From: Candidatus Uhrbacteria bacterium RIFCSPHIGHO2_12_FULL_60_25
GTDB taxonomy: Bacteria; Patescibacteriota; Patescibacteriia; 2-12-FULL-60-25
DNA: 64,000 nucleotides
Assembly: GCA_001791275.1 (NCBI GenBank)
Contig: MGEH01000024.1
Location: 11,097-75,096, forward strand
Direction of reading: 5' to 3'
A program made the translations under genes and the position numbers. Under the pieces are notes generated by a model. It did no database searches. It was not told where the DNA came from and saw only the letters and a list, made by a program, of their open reading frames with translations. Below, one piece after another: positions 17,134 to 24,842 of this stretch. Position 1 is the stretch's first letter, and each line of letters opens with the position of its first letter.

Positions 17134-17849
17134 TGATGCTTAGAAAATTTCTTATGGAACTGAAGCATCGCGCGACTCACACTCACCAAATTTTCCCAAC
17201 GCAATGCGGTGGACCGTCCTTGTCGTGGAAGGATACGCATAGGGACTTCTACAAACGATGCGCCTTCTCGAAGGAGCGTGAGTAGTATCTCTGCGGCATA
17301 TGCGAAACTTGGAGTTTCTGGCAATGCGCGACGAAGTTGATCGATCCGATATACATTAATCCCATTGAAGTAGCGGACACGACGATGGTACATGACATTT
17401 AATATTATCGTGAATACTCTCGAGATGAGACGTCGAAGCAACGACCGTACTTCAGGATTTTCCGTATACGTAACGACCATGTCGGCGGAACCAATCGCAC
17501 AAATGACGCGCGCGACAGATATACTGTCAATTTCATTATCTCCGGGAACCATGACCACATGATTCTTGGTCGCCGCCAAAACGGCGTTTCGATATTTTTC
17601 TCCGAGAAGCTGGTATGTAGGACTGTGAAGTACTCGAATGCGTGCGTCTGATGCCGCAAGCTCCTGTGCGATGAGCCGAGTTCGATCTTCACGCCCATCA
17701 CGATCCACGCACGTCACAATGATCATTTCATAATCCTGAATCTCCGCTTTCGTAAGAGCGCTGCGTACTCCCTGTATCGTCGCTTCAATATTACGCTCCT
17801 CATTCAATGCAGGGATGATGATACTCAAGGATATGTTCATGGCCTGCAA
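17130..17849 (-). CDS. GT2 glycosyltransferase, DPM1/GtrB-like
   Basis: 239 aa. LSIIIPALNEERNIE...VPGDNEID. Confidence 0.85.
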   Translation of the reverse strand: MQAMNISLSIIIPALNEERNIEATIQGVRSALTKAEIQDYEMIIVTCVDRDGREDRTRLIAQELAASDARIRVLHSPTYQLLGEKYRNAVLAATKNHVVMVPGDNEIDSISVARVICAIGSADMVVTYTENPEVRSLLRRLISRVFTIILNVMYHRRVRYFNGINVYRIDQLRRALPETPSFAYAAEILLTLLREGASFVEVPMRILPRQGRSTALRWENLVSVSRAMLQFHKKFSKHQ

Positions 17850-17892
17850 AGACTACAGAAGTGAGTCGCGATTGACAAGCAATATCGATCAC

Positions 17893-18396
17893 CTATCGAT
17901 CACGCTCAAGCCCAAGTGATCGAAAAAGATCTGAAGAATGGATGAGGAGCGACGGAGTGAAGATGACACGACCACCAATTGATTCCATCACTCGGATATC
18001 CTCATGAATTCCATGAGACGGATCCGCGAGCATCGGCAGATGGTCTTCCCCTTTCGTATAGAGATTCGGTCGAATGGTCCGCATGAGCGACCAGGGACCT
18101 TCTTCCTCATTTAACACTACGTAGTCAACGCTCTCGAGCGCCGCGACCCACGTGAGTCGTTGAATCTCTGAAAACCATGGCCGTCCAGGACCCTTCCTCA
18201 CATAGGCATCCGCGATCACGCCAACGTATACGAAGTCACCACGTTTTTTTGCTTCCTCGAAATAGTTCACGTGTCCCAGGTGGACCAAATCAAAAACTCC
18301 ATGGCAGTGGACGATGGTCAGGCCTTCTGCTTGAAGTGCTCGCACGATCCGTGCGAGCTCATCGGGTGTTTTAATTTTCTCAGTCGTGAAACGCAT
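17893..18396 (-). CDS. Cytidylyltransferase-fold nucleotidyltransferase (heptose-1-phosphate adenylyltransferase, HldC/RfaE domain II-like)
   Basis: 167 aa. HCHGVFDLVHLGHVNYFEEAKK (GxFDxxHxGH motif). Confidence 0.8.
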   Translation of the reverse strand: MRFTTEKIKTPDELARIVRALQAEGLTIVHCHGVFDLVHLGHVNYFEEAKKRGDFVYVGVIADAYVRKGPGRPWFSEIQRLTWVAALESVDYVVLNEEEGPWSLMRTIRPNLYTKGEDHLPMLADPSHGIHEDIRVMESIGGRVIFTPSLLIHSSDLFRSLGLERDR

Positions 18397-18398
18397 GA

Positions 18399-18983
18399 TC
18401 AGGAGGCTTCACCATAGATGGTATGGTCCAGCATGGCATGCAGAATGGTTTCGTGGCCAAGTTCGGCATGCCCATACGTCGTCGTGTTGAGATACACGTT
18501 GATATCTCCAAGTTTTCGCAGCGGATTATCCGCTCCGAACGCAGTAAGGGTGAGGACAAAGCAACCCAGACGTTTCGCCTCCGCGACCGCATTCACGATA
18601 TTCTTGGATCTCCCTGAACTGGAGATAGCCACGACCACATCGTGCGGCGCAGCGAACATCGCGATCGGCCTCGTGAAGACGTCCGGGTACCCGAAATCAT
18701 TCGCCGATCCGGTCAATAGCGATGCATCATTGAAGCACATCGCTCGCAACTTTCCATTCTTCCAGTAATCGTATGATTGATGGCTCGCGATCGCCGCGCT
18801 CCCGCCATTACCAAGAAAGATGATCTTGCCGCCTGCGGCATGCGATTCACGAAATTTCGCGATCGTCTGTTCGAGACACTGGATCAGATCCAATTCGCAC
18901 CCTGACGCGTCCGTCGCCAAAGCTCCCTGAACGCAGGATGCCAGATCTGTCGTGTACCGTTTGAAGTAGTCGCTCAAATTCAT
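18399..18983 (-). CDS. gmhA: SIS-domain sugar-phosphate isomerase (phosphoheptose isomerase-like)
   Basis: Start taken at MNLSDYF (18983), since the upstream stop is at 18988. IIFLGNGGSAAIASH SIS motif. About 194 aa. The gene context supports GmhA. Confidence 0.7.
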   Translation of the reverse strand: MNLSDYFKRYTTDLASCVQGALATDASGCELDLIQCLEQTIAKFRESHAAGGKIIFLGNGGSAAIASHQSYDYWKNGKLRAMCFNDASLLTGSANDFGYPDVFTRPIAMFAAPHDVVVAISSSGRSKNIVNAVAEAKRLGCFVLTLTAFGADNPLRKLGDINVYLNTTTYGHAELGHETILHAMLDHTIYGEAS

Positions 18984-18987
18984 ACCA

Positions 18988-20598
18988 TCAAGCCAAAATT
19001 GAATGAATCGCCGCGACGACCGACGGGAAATCGACGGTTTCACGGTTCCCCACGATCATGACGGCCCGCGAACCAACGATATTCCCGATAAACCCCACAA
19101 GATCCATCGGCATGCCGGCTGCCGCGCACGGAGCCGTGACGGCTAGGAACGCGTCCCCCGCTCCGACGGCATCCACGACGTTCTGCGAGAGGACCGGAAT
19201 GGATTGGAGTCCCGTGCCAGCTTCAAAGGTCAAGCAACCATGATGCCCTCGCGTGGCGATCGCTTTCGGACATGAAAGTCGCTCCGCGACACTGACAAGC
19301 AATGGATCGATCGGTCCGAAACGGTCGAGGGTCGCGAGGCGAAGTTCAGGCTCGTCAATGCAGATGTAATCCGCGTTCGGATAACGCGTGATGGGATTAT
19401 ACCCGATATTCGCCGCGTTCGTCTGCGTGTTCACGGCGAGGAATGCGGACTGACTGGCGAGCAGTTCGACCGTCCGTGAAGAGATCAGACCATGAAGGTA
19501 ATCCAGGCAGATCACGACGTCGTACTGCGGCAAGACAGTCAGGAGGTATGCGTGCAATTCAGCTTCCTGGTCCGCATGGAGCGCACCGTCATCGAAGCGA
19601 TAGACCTCGAAGAGTTTCGCAAGAAAGTTGGAATCGACGTAGCGGCGCTTGACGGTGGTCGGAACGCCCTTGCGATAGATCGCTTTCATCGTGACGTTCG
19701 TCTTCAAATGGTCACGGATGAATGTCTCTTTGGTGTCCGTCAGCCCAAGGCCCGTTACCACGTGGACCGTGTCACAGAATCCTGCCACGTGATTGGCGCA
19801 TGCGAAGATGCCACCAATGAACGCCTCATCGTTCAGAATACGCGAGGCGATGATATTCGCTTTCGACGTTTTGCCCATCGGCCGTACGTAGCAGTACTCA
19901 TCGATCACCGCGTCGCCGATGAGGAGGACCTTGAGCGGTCGGATGCGTTCGATCCGCCTGATCACGTCGTCCGCACGATACCGTTCCTGAAATTCTTGGA
20001 GAAACGCCCTTGTCTCTTCGGGGTAGCGATCGAGTCGGTGTGTTGCCGACGAGGCGGAAGGCATAATCAATCGACACGCTTCATCCATGGTCGTGACGCG
20101 ATCTGTCGCCTCGGACGCGTCGGCCGTGCCGAGCATGATGCGTCGCGGGATCCCCGCATCACGCGCCGCGATCATGTCACGCGGCGCATCGCCGATCATC
20201 GCTGCCTGTCGGGGGTCAATACCATGGCGCCGACACAGACCATTGATCATCCCCGGCAAAGGTTTGCGACACGCACACCCGTCCTCATCCCGATGAGGAC
20301 AAAGCACGCTGTCTACGATCTCCACTCCAGCCGTCGACAGCGCCGTGAGTATCTGTCGATGAAGTTCCTGAGCTTCTTCAAGTGTGATCAATCCGCGCGC
20401 CACACAGCTCTGATTCGAAACGATGAATAATCGCGTCCCAACGGACGTGAGAAGGCGGAGCGCTTCGGGCACTCCAGGCGCGAGGATGGCTTGTTCTGAT
20501 CGCAATACAAATGACCCAGGCGGCAATTGAGGCGTCACGACACCCTCACGGTCAAGGAAGACTGCCGTTGGTCTGATCTGGGTCTGTAGATCGATCAT
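18988..20598 (-). CDS. Fusion: GmhB-like HAD heptose-bisphosphate phosphatase (N) + PfkB-family sugar kinase (HldA/RfaE domain I-like, C)
   Basis: Start taken at MIDLQTQ (20598). N-terminal part: AVFLDREGVV, FIVSNQS and the Zn motif CPHRDEDGCACRKPLPGM. C-terminal part: PfkB motif VVDAVGAGDAFLA. Confidence 0.85.
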   Translation of the reverse strand: MIDLQTQIRPTAVFLDREGVVTPQLPPGSFVLRSEQAILAPGVPEALRLLTSVGTRLFIVSNQSCVARGLITLEEAQELHRQILTALSTAGVEIVDSVLCPHRDEDGCACRKPLPGMINGLCRRHGIDPRQAAMIGDAPRDMIAARDAGIPRRIMLGTADASEATDRVTTMDEACRLIMPSASSATHRLDRYPEETRAFLQEFQERYRADDVIRRIERIRPLKVLLIGDAVIDEYCYVRPMGKTSKANIIASRILNDEAFIGGIFACANHVAGFCDTVHVVTGLGLTDTKETFIRDHLKTNVTMKAIYRKGVPTTVKRRYVDSNFLAKLFEVYRFDDGALHADQEAELHAYLLTVLPQYDVVICLDYLHGLISSRTVELLASQSAFLAVNTQTNAANIGYNPITRYPNADYICIDEPELRLATLDRFGPIDPLLVSVAERLSCPKAIATRGHHGCLTFEAGTGLQSIPVLSQNVVDAVGAGDAFLAVTAPCAAAGMPMDLVGFIGNIVGSRAVMIVGNRETVDFPSVVAAIHSILA

Positions 20599-20698
20599 GT
20601 AAGACGGTATTTGAACCGAGAGAACCAGTCTTGTCAAACAGTAAAAGATAAAGAAAGAAGGGACCGCGTGAGTACGGGTCCCTTCCAGTGTCGCCGCG

Positions 20699-22732
20699 TC
20701 AGAACGGCGTTCCGATCGTGTTTGGTGCATCCATGGTTGCAATGTCCGTTGTAGGCTCTCTGCTCATCAGAGCGAAGACGCCTTTCACGATCTCCCGTGC
20801 GCCGGGGTAGTACGCCGTTTCGAGCGGTTCGGCCATGGGCGTGGGACCAGGAGGAAGACCGACGCGCAGAGGCGCCGCTCTCAAGCTCCCAAACGTCCGT
20901 TCGGTCACGACCGAGGCAATTTCCGCCGAGATCCCGAATGCGGTCCAGCCCGTGTCGGCGACGATGAGACGACCGGTCCTCGTGACCGATGCGCAGACGG
21001 CGCTCACGTCCCATGGCCGAATCGAGCGGAGGTCGATGACGTCCGCGCTGATCCCGTGCCGAACCAGCTCGTCGGCGGCGCGTTCGGCCTCGACCACCAT
21101 CTGGAGGACGGACACGATGGTTACGTCCGTCCCCCGGCGCACGATGCGCGCCTTGCCAATCGGGATGCGGTAGGGCTCCTCCGGGACCGCCGTATTCAAC
21201 GGGTGACACAACCGATGCTCCAGGAAGATCACGGGCGTCCGTCCTCCGAGCGCCGAGAGCAGGAGACCTTTCGCGTCGTACGCGTTGGACGGCGCGACGA
21301 CGTGGAGACCCGGAAAATGGGCGAACAGCGACTGCAGGCTCTGCGAGTGCTGACAGCCCTGGCCGCGCGACCGTCCGACGATCGCTCGGATCACGAGCGG
21401 AACCGTGAGTCGGCCTCCTGTCATGTAGTGCCACTTCGTGAGCTCGTTCCCGAGCTGGCTCATACAGAGCAGGAGAAAGTCGTTCCGCGCGTGAACGTGA
21501 AGCGGTCGCATGCCCATCATCGCGGCGCCGCCGGCAATCGAGGTGAGCGACGCCTCGGAGATGGGCGTCTCGAGGACCCGACGGGTCCCGAATTCCAGGA
21601 AGGCGCGGGTCGTGGTCCCGAAGACGCCGTTCGGGTCCGTCACGTGAAGTCCGAGAAGGAAGACGCCGTCGTCTTCTCTCATGGCCTGGACCGTCGCTTC
21701 GGAGATCGCTTCCGCGCAGCTCAACAGACGTTCACCGTGAGGCGTAGCCGGTTCCGAGACGGACGAAACGGCGTCGCCGACATTCTGGAGAAGGTCCGAC
21801 GCCTTCGGCGCCGGGCTCTCCTCGGCGAAGCGAAACGCTTCGACGACCTCCACCGACGCCTGCTGGTCGCACGCGTCCAAGTCCGCGGCAGGTACCCCGT
21901 GCCCGATCAACTCTTCCCGGAAGCGCTTCACCGGACACCGGGCCCTCCAGTAGCGAAGCTCGTCGTCGGGTCGGGCCATGATCCCATTGTTGTGCTCCAC
22001 GTGTTCGCGCATGCGGTACGTGGTGGCCTCAATCAACGTCGGTCCCGCACCCGCGCGCGCGCGTTCGACGGCTTCGCCCGCGACGGCGACGACCTTCAAC
22101 AGGTCGTTCCCGTCGACTCGAACGCCCGGCATCCCATACCCCGCCGCGCGTTCCATGATCGGCACATTCTGACGCACGTAACGCCGCGTCATGGTGGAGT
22201 AGTCGTTGTCCTCGCAGACGAGGAGGACGGGAAGCGACCAGAGAGAAGACACGTTCATGCATTCATGGAACACGCCAGACTCCACGGCCGCGTCGCCGAA
22301 GAACGCCACGCTCACGCGCGGCTGGTTGCGCAGTTTGAACGACAGCGCGGCTCCGACCGCAAGCGGGATGGAACCGCAGACGATCGCCGATGCGCCGTAC
22401 ATCCCGCGCTCCACGTCGACCAGGTGCATCGAGCCGCCGCGCCCGTTCGCGCACCCGGTCTCTTTGCCGTACATTTCCGCGATCATGCGCTTCATACTCC
22501 CGCCCTTGGCGAGGTAGTGCGCATGGCAGCGATGCGTGGAATAGATGACGTCCTGATCGGTGAGACCGTCGCACACGCCGACCGCGACCGCTTCCTGTCC
22601 GATGGACAGGTGGGTCGGGCACTTCATCCGATCTTCGTCGTAACGTTCTGCGATGCGCTCCTCGACCGCACGAATGCGGACCATAGAGCGGTACAGGTTC
22701 CGCAACACGGAAGGGTCCGGAATGAGTGTCAT
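20699..22732 (-). CDS. Fused E1 alpha + E1 beta thiamine-diphosphate-dependent 2-oxoacid dehydrogenase/acetoin-dehydrogenase-like enzyme
   Basis: 677 aa. The N-terminal half is E1_dh-like (RIRAVEERIAERY...THLSIGQEAVAVG...GGSMH). The C-terminal half is transketolase-pyrimidine/E1-beta-like (VFLLGLHV...RVLETPISEASLTSIAGGAAMMGMRP). Confidence 0.9.
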   Translation of the reverse strand: MTLIPDPSVLRNLYRSMVRIRAVEERIAERYDEDRMKCPTHLSIGQEAVAVGVCDGLTDQDVIYSTHRCHAHYLAKGGSMKRMIAEMYGKETGCANGRGGSMHLVDVERGMYGASAIVCGSIPLAVGAALSFKLRNQPRVSVAFFGDAAVESGVFHECMNVSSLWSLPVLLVCEDNDYSTMTRRYVRQNVPIMERAAGYGMPGVRVDGNDLLKVVAVAGEAVERARAGAGPTLIEATTYRMREHVEHNNGIMARPDDELRYWRARCPVKRFREELIGHGVPAADLDACDQQASVEVVEAFRFAEESPAPKASDLLQNVGDAVSSVSEPATPHGERLLSCAEAISEATVQAMREDDGVFLLGLHVTDPNGVFGTTTRAFLEFGTRRVLETPISEASLTSIAGGAAMMGMRPLHVHARNDFLLLCMSQLGNELTKWHYMTGGRLTVPLVIRAIVGRSRGQGCQHSQSLQSLFAHFPGLHVVAPSNAYDAKGLLLSALGGRTPVIFLEHRLCHPLNTAVPEEPYRIPIGKARIVRRGTDVTIVSVLQMVVEAERAADELVRHGISADVIDLRSIRPWDVSAVCASVTRTGRLIVADTGWTAFGISAEIASVVTERTFGSLRAAPLRVGLPPGPTPMAEPLETAYYPGAREIVKGVFALMSREPTTDIATMDAPNTIGTPF

Positions 22733-22884
22733 CGTCGCTCCTTTTGTAAAGAACCGCTCGGAATGTATGCAGATGGTTGCGTTCTGTCAAGGGCGCGTGG
22801 ACCAGCCCGTGGCTCATTGACATGACCGTCCGTCCCTGTCTACAGTCATCGCGCACTTTCAGACGACCAATACACGGAGGGAAG

Positions 22885-24033
22885 ATGGACTCAACCCATG
22901 AACTCGACGTCCTCGTCATCGGGGGCGGCATCGCGGGACTGTGGCTCTTGGATGAGCTGCGTCGCGCCGGCTATTCGGCATTGCTCGTTGAAAAGAACGC
23001 GCTGGGCACGGGCCAGACGGCGGCGTCCCAGGGGATCCTGCATGGCGGATTCAAACACGCCCTGACCGGGAGACGTGACCGCCACGTGAGCGCGTTCCAG
23101 CACATGCCGGCCGTGTGGAAGGAATGTCTTGCCGGTCGCCGCGAACCGGACTTGAGCCGCGCGGCGCTCCGTGGAGATCATTGCCTGTGCTGGCGCGCCA
23201 ATTCCGTCGGCGGGGTCTTTGGACTCATGGCGGCACGACTTGGATTCTCCGCGCAAACGGCCGTCATCCCGCGGGAGGAGCGACCGCTCCCCGTGAAGAA
23301 CTGTCACGGTGACGTTCTCCGGCTGAATGAACAGGTGGTGGACCCGACGAGCGTCGTCCAAGTTTTCGCGGAACGGAACCTGCGGCACATCGTGCATGCT
23401 GAGGTCGTCTCCGTCAGACGCACGGGTGGTGCTCGCGTCACCGGTGTGAGCATTCAACAGGGAACGGTCACTGCCCTGCTCCGTCCACGAACAACGATCC
23501 TGACGGCCGGTGAAGGGAACGCGGAACTGGGTGATGACTTCGGTGTGGCGACCCCCGTGATGAAACGGCTGCCGCTCTCGATCATGGTGGTGCGCGGTCC
23601 CCTGCCCGACATGAATGGGTTCTGCATCGACGGCACGCGCGCCAAAGCCGTCATCACGACGCACCGCGAAGGTCCGGACGCCGCCGTGTGGCAGGTCGCG
23701 TGTGAACGCGCGACGGACCCATTCCAAAAATCCGCGTGGCGTGAGCTTCAAGACAGCCTGTCGGGGTACCCCTGGCCGGATGTCACGCTCGACGCCTATC
23801 GGGTGAACCGGGCGGAACTGCCGTCTTCCGGAACGCGCGCGGATGACGTCCAAATGCAAGAACAGGACAACGTCATTGCGGCGTGGCCGACGAAATTCGT
23901 GCTCGCTCCCCGGCTCGCGGAACGAATCATGCGGCGATTGCCGCCGCCGGGCATCCGCGCAGACGTCACGACCGAATTTCGCGACTGGCGGCGGCCGGAT
24001 GTCGCCGTTTTCCCCTGGCAGAGGTCTCCCTAG
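22885..24033 (+). CDS. FAD-dependent oxidoreductase (DAO/GlpD-like)
   Basis: ATG at 22885 preceded by GGAGGG. DVLVIGGGIAGLW dinucleotide motif and GTGQTAASQGILHGG. Confidence 0.8.
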   Translation: MDSTHELDVLVIGGGIAGLWLLDELRRAGYSALLVEKNALGTGQTAASQGILHGGFKHALTGRRDRHVSAFQHMPAVWKECLAGRREPDLSRAALRGDHCLCWRANSVGGVFGLMAARLGFSAQTAVIPREERPLPVKNCHGDVLRLNEQVVDPTSVVQVFAERNLRHIVHAEVVSVRRTGGARVTGVSIQQGTVTALLRPRTTILTAGEGNAELGDDFGVATPVMKRLPLSIMVVRGPLPDMNGFCIDGTRAKAVITTHREGPDAAVWQVACERATDPFQKSAWRELQDSLSGYPWPDVTLDAYRVNRAELPSSGTRADDVQMQEQDNVIAAWPTKFVLAPRLAERIMRRLPPPGIRADVTTEFRDWRRPDVAVFPWQRSP

Positions 24034-24074
24034 ACGCTCATGGCGGTCTTTGCTAGGTTCTGGCCGGAGGATAC

Positions 24075-24779
24075 ATGACAAGAAACGCACTTTTCATCGG
24101 CGGGACCAAGGGGCTTGGACATGCGCTTTCGCAACTTGCAATCGCAGACCTCTGCGATGTCAGCATCGCCGGACGAACGGCGCACAAGTGCGATCTGGTC
24201 CGAGAGGGTCGCGCGATGCCGTTCATCGTGGATCTCGAGAGCGAAGACATGCGTCCATGGGTATCAATGGTACAGTACGATGTGATCGTGTGGGCCGCGG
24301 GCATCTACCAGGATGGCGCTTTCACGACGCTCACGCCAAACCAGGTGATGAAGTGTTGCCGGAACCATCTGGTGGGACCGATCGCCCTGCTCACGGCTCT
24401 CTTTCGCAGCAACAAGGAAAGTGCTCGTCCGTGTCATCTGGTCGTCATCGGGTCATCGAGCGCCTATCGCGTGCGAACGGACGAGTCGCTGTATGGCGCG
24501 CTCAAAGCGGCCAAAGCGCAACTCGCGCGAAACCTCGGCAAAGAGCTCCCCCGCGACTTGCCAGGCTCGAAAGTATTGCTCGCCAATCCCGGCGGGATGG
24601 CCACTCCCTTCTGGGACGGACGTGATCGCGATGTGAGCTCGTTCATGGATCCGAAAGACGTCGCGCGCGTCATCTGGGACGAAGTCCGACGTCAAGACAC
24701 ACCGTTTCTCGAAATTCAGGTGATCCGTCAGGCCGATCGCAGTCCTAAAGTGGAGTACGGCCCCAGACTGCCTGAATGA
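24075..24779 (+). CDS. Short-chain dehydrogenase/reductase (classical SDR)
   Basis: 234 aa. GGAGG RBS at 24066-24070. FIGGTKGLG and YGALKAAK (YxxxK). Confidence 0.8.
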   Translation: MTRNALFIGGTKGLGHALSQLAIADLCDVSIAGRTAHKCDLVREGRAMPFIVDLESEDMRPWVSMVQYDVIVWAAGIYQDGAFTTLTPNQVMKCCRNHLVGPIALLTALFRSNKESARPCHLVVIGSSSAYRVRTDESLYGALKAAKAQLARNLGKELPRDLPGSKVLLANPGGMATPFWDGRDRDVSSFMDPKDVARVIWDEVRRQDTPFLEIQVIRQADRSPKVEYGPRLPE

Positions 24780-24792
24780 TTTCAGATAACGT

Positions 24793-24829
24793 AAACGGCC
24801 TCCCGTGCAGATGCACAGGAGGCCGGTTT
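24793..24829. terminator. Bidirectional intrinsic-terminator-like hairpin between convergent genes
   Basis: AAACGGCCTCCCGTGCA-GA-TGCACAGGAGGCCGGTTT. About a 16-bp GC-rich stem flanked by A/T runs on both strands. Confidence 0.6.
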
Positions 24830-24842
24830 ATAGTCGTGCTTC

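Noticed and set aside
21056-22825. 589-aa ORF antisense to the E1 alpha-beta fusion.
   Set aside because: Arg/His/Asp-rich shadow ORF. The opposite strand carries clear ThDP E1 motifs.
22891-24090. 399-aa ORF antisense to the FAD oxidoreductase.
   Set aside because: Shadow ORF with no motifs. The plus-strand gene has a GGAGG site and a dinucleotide-binding motif.
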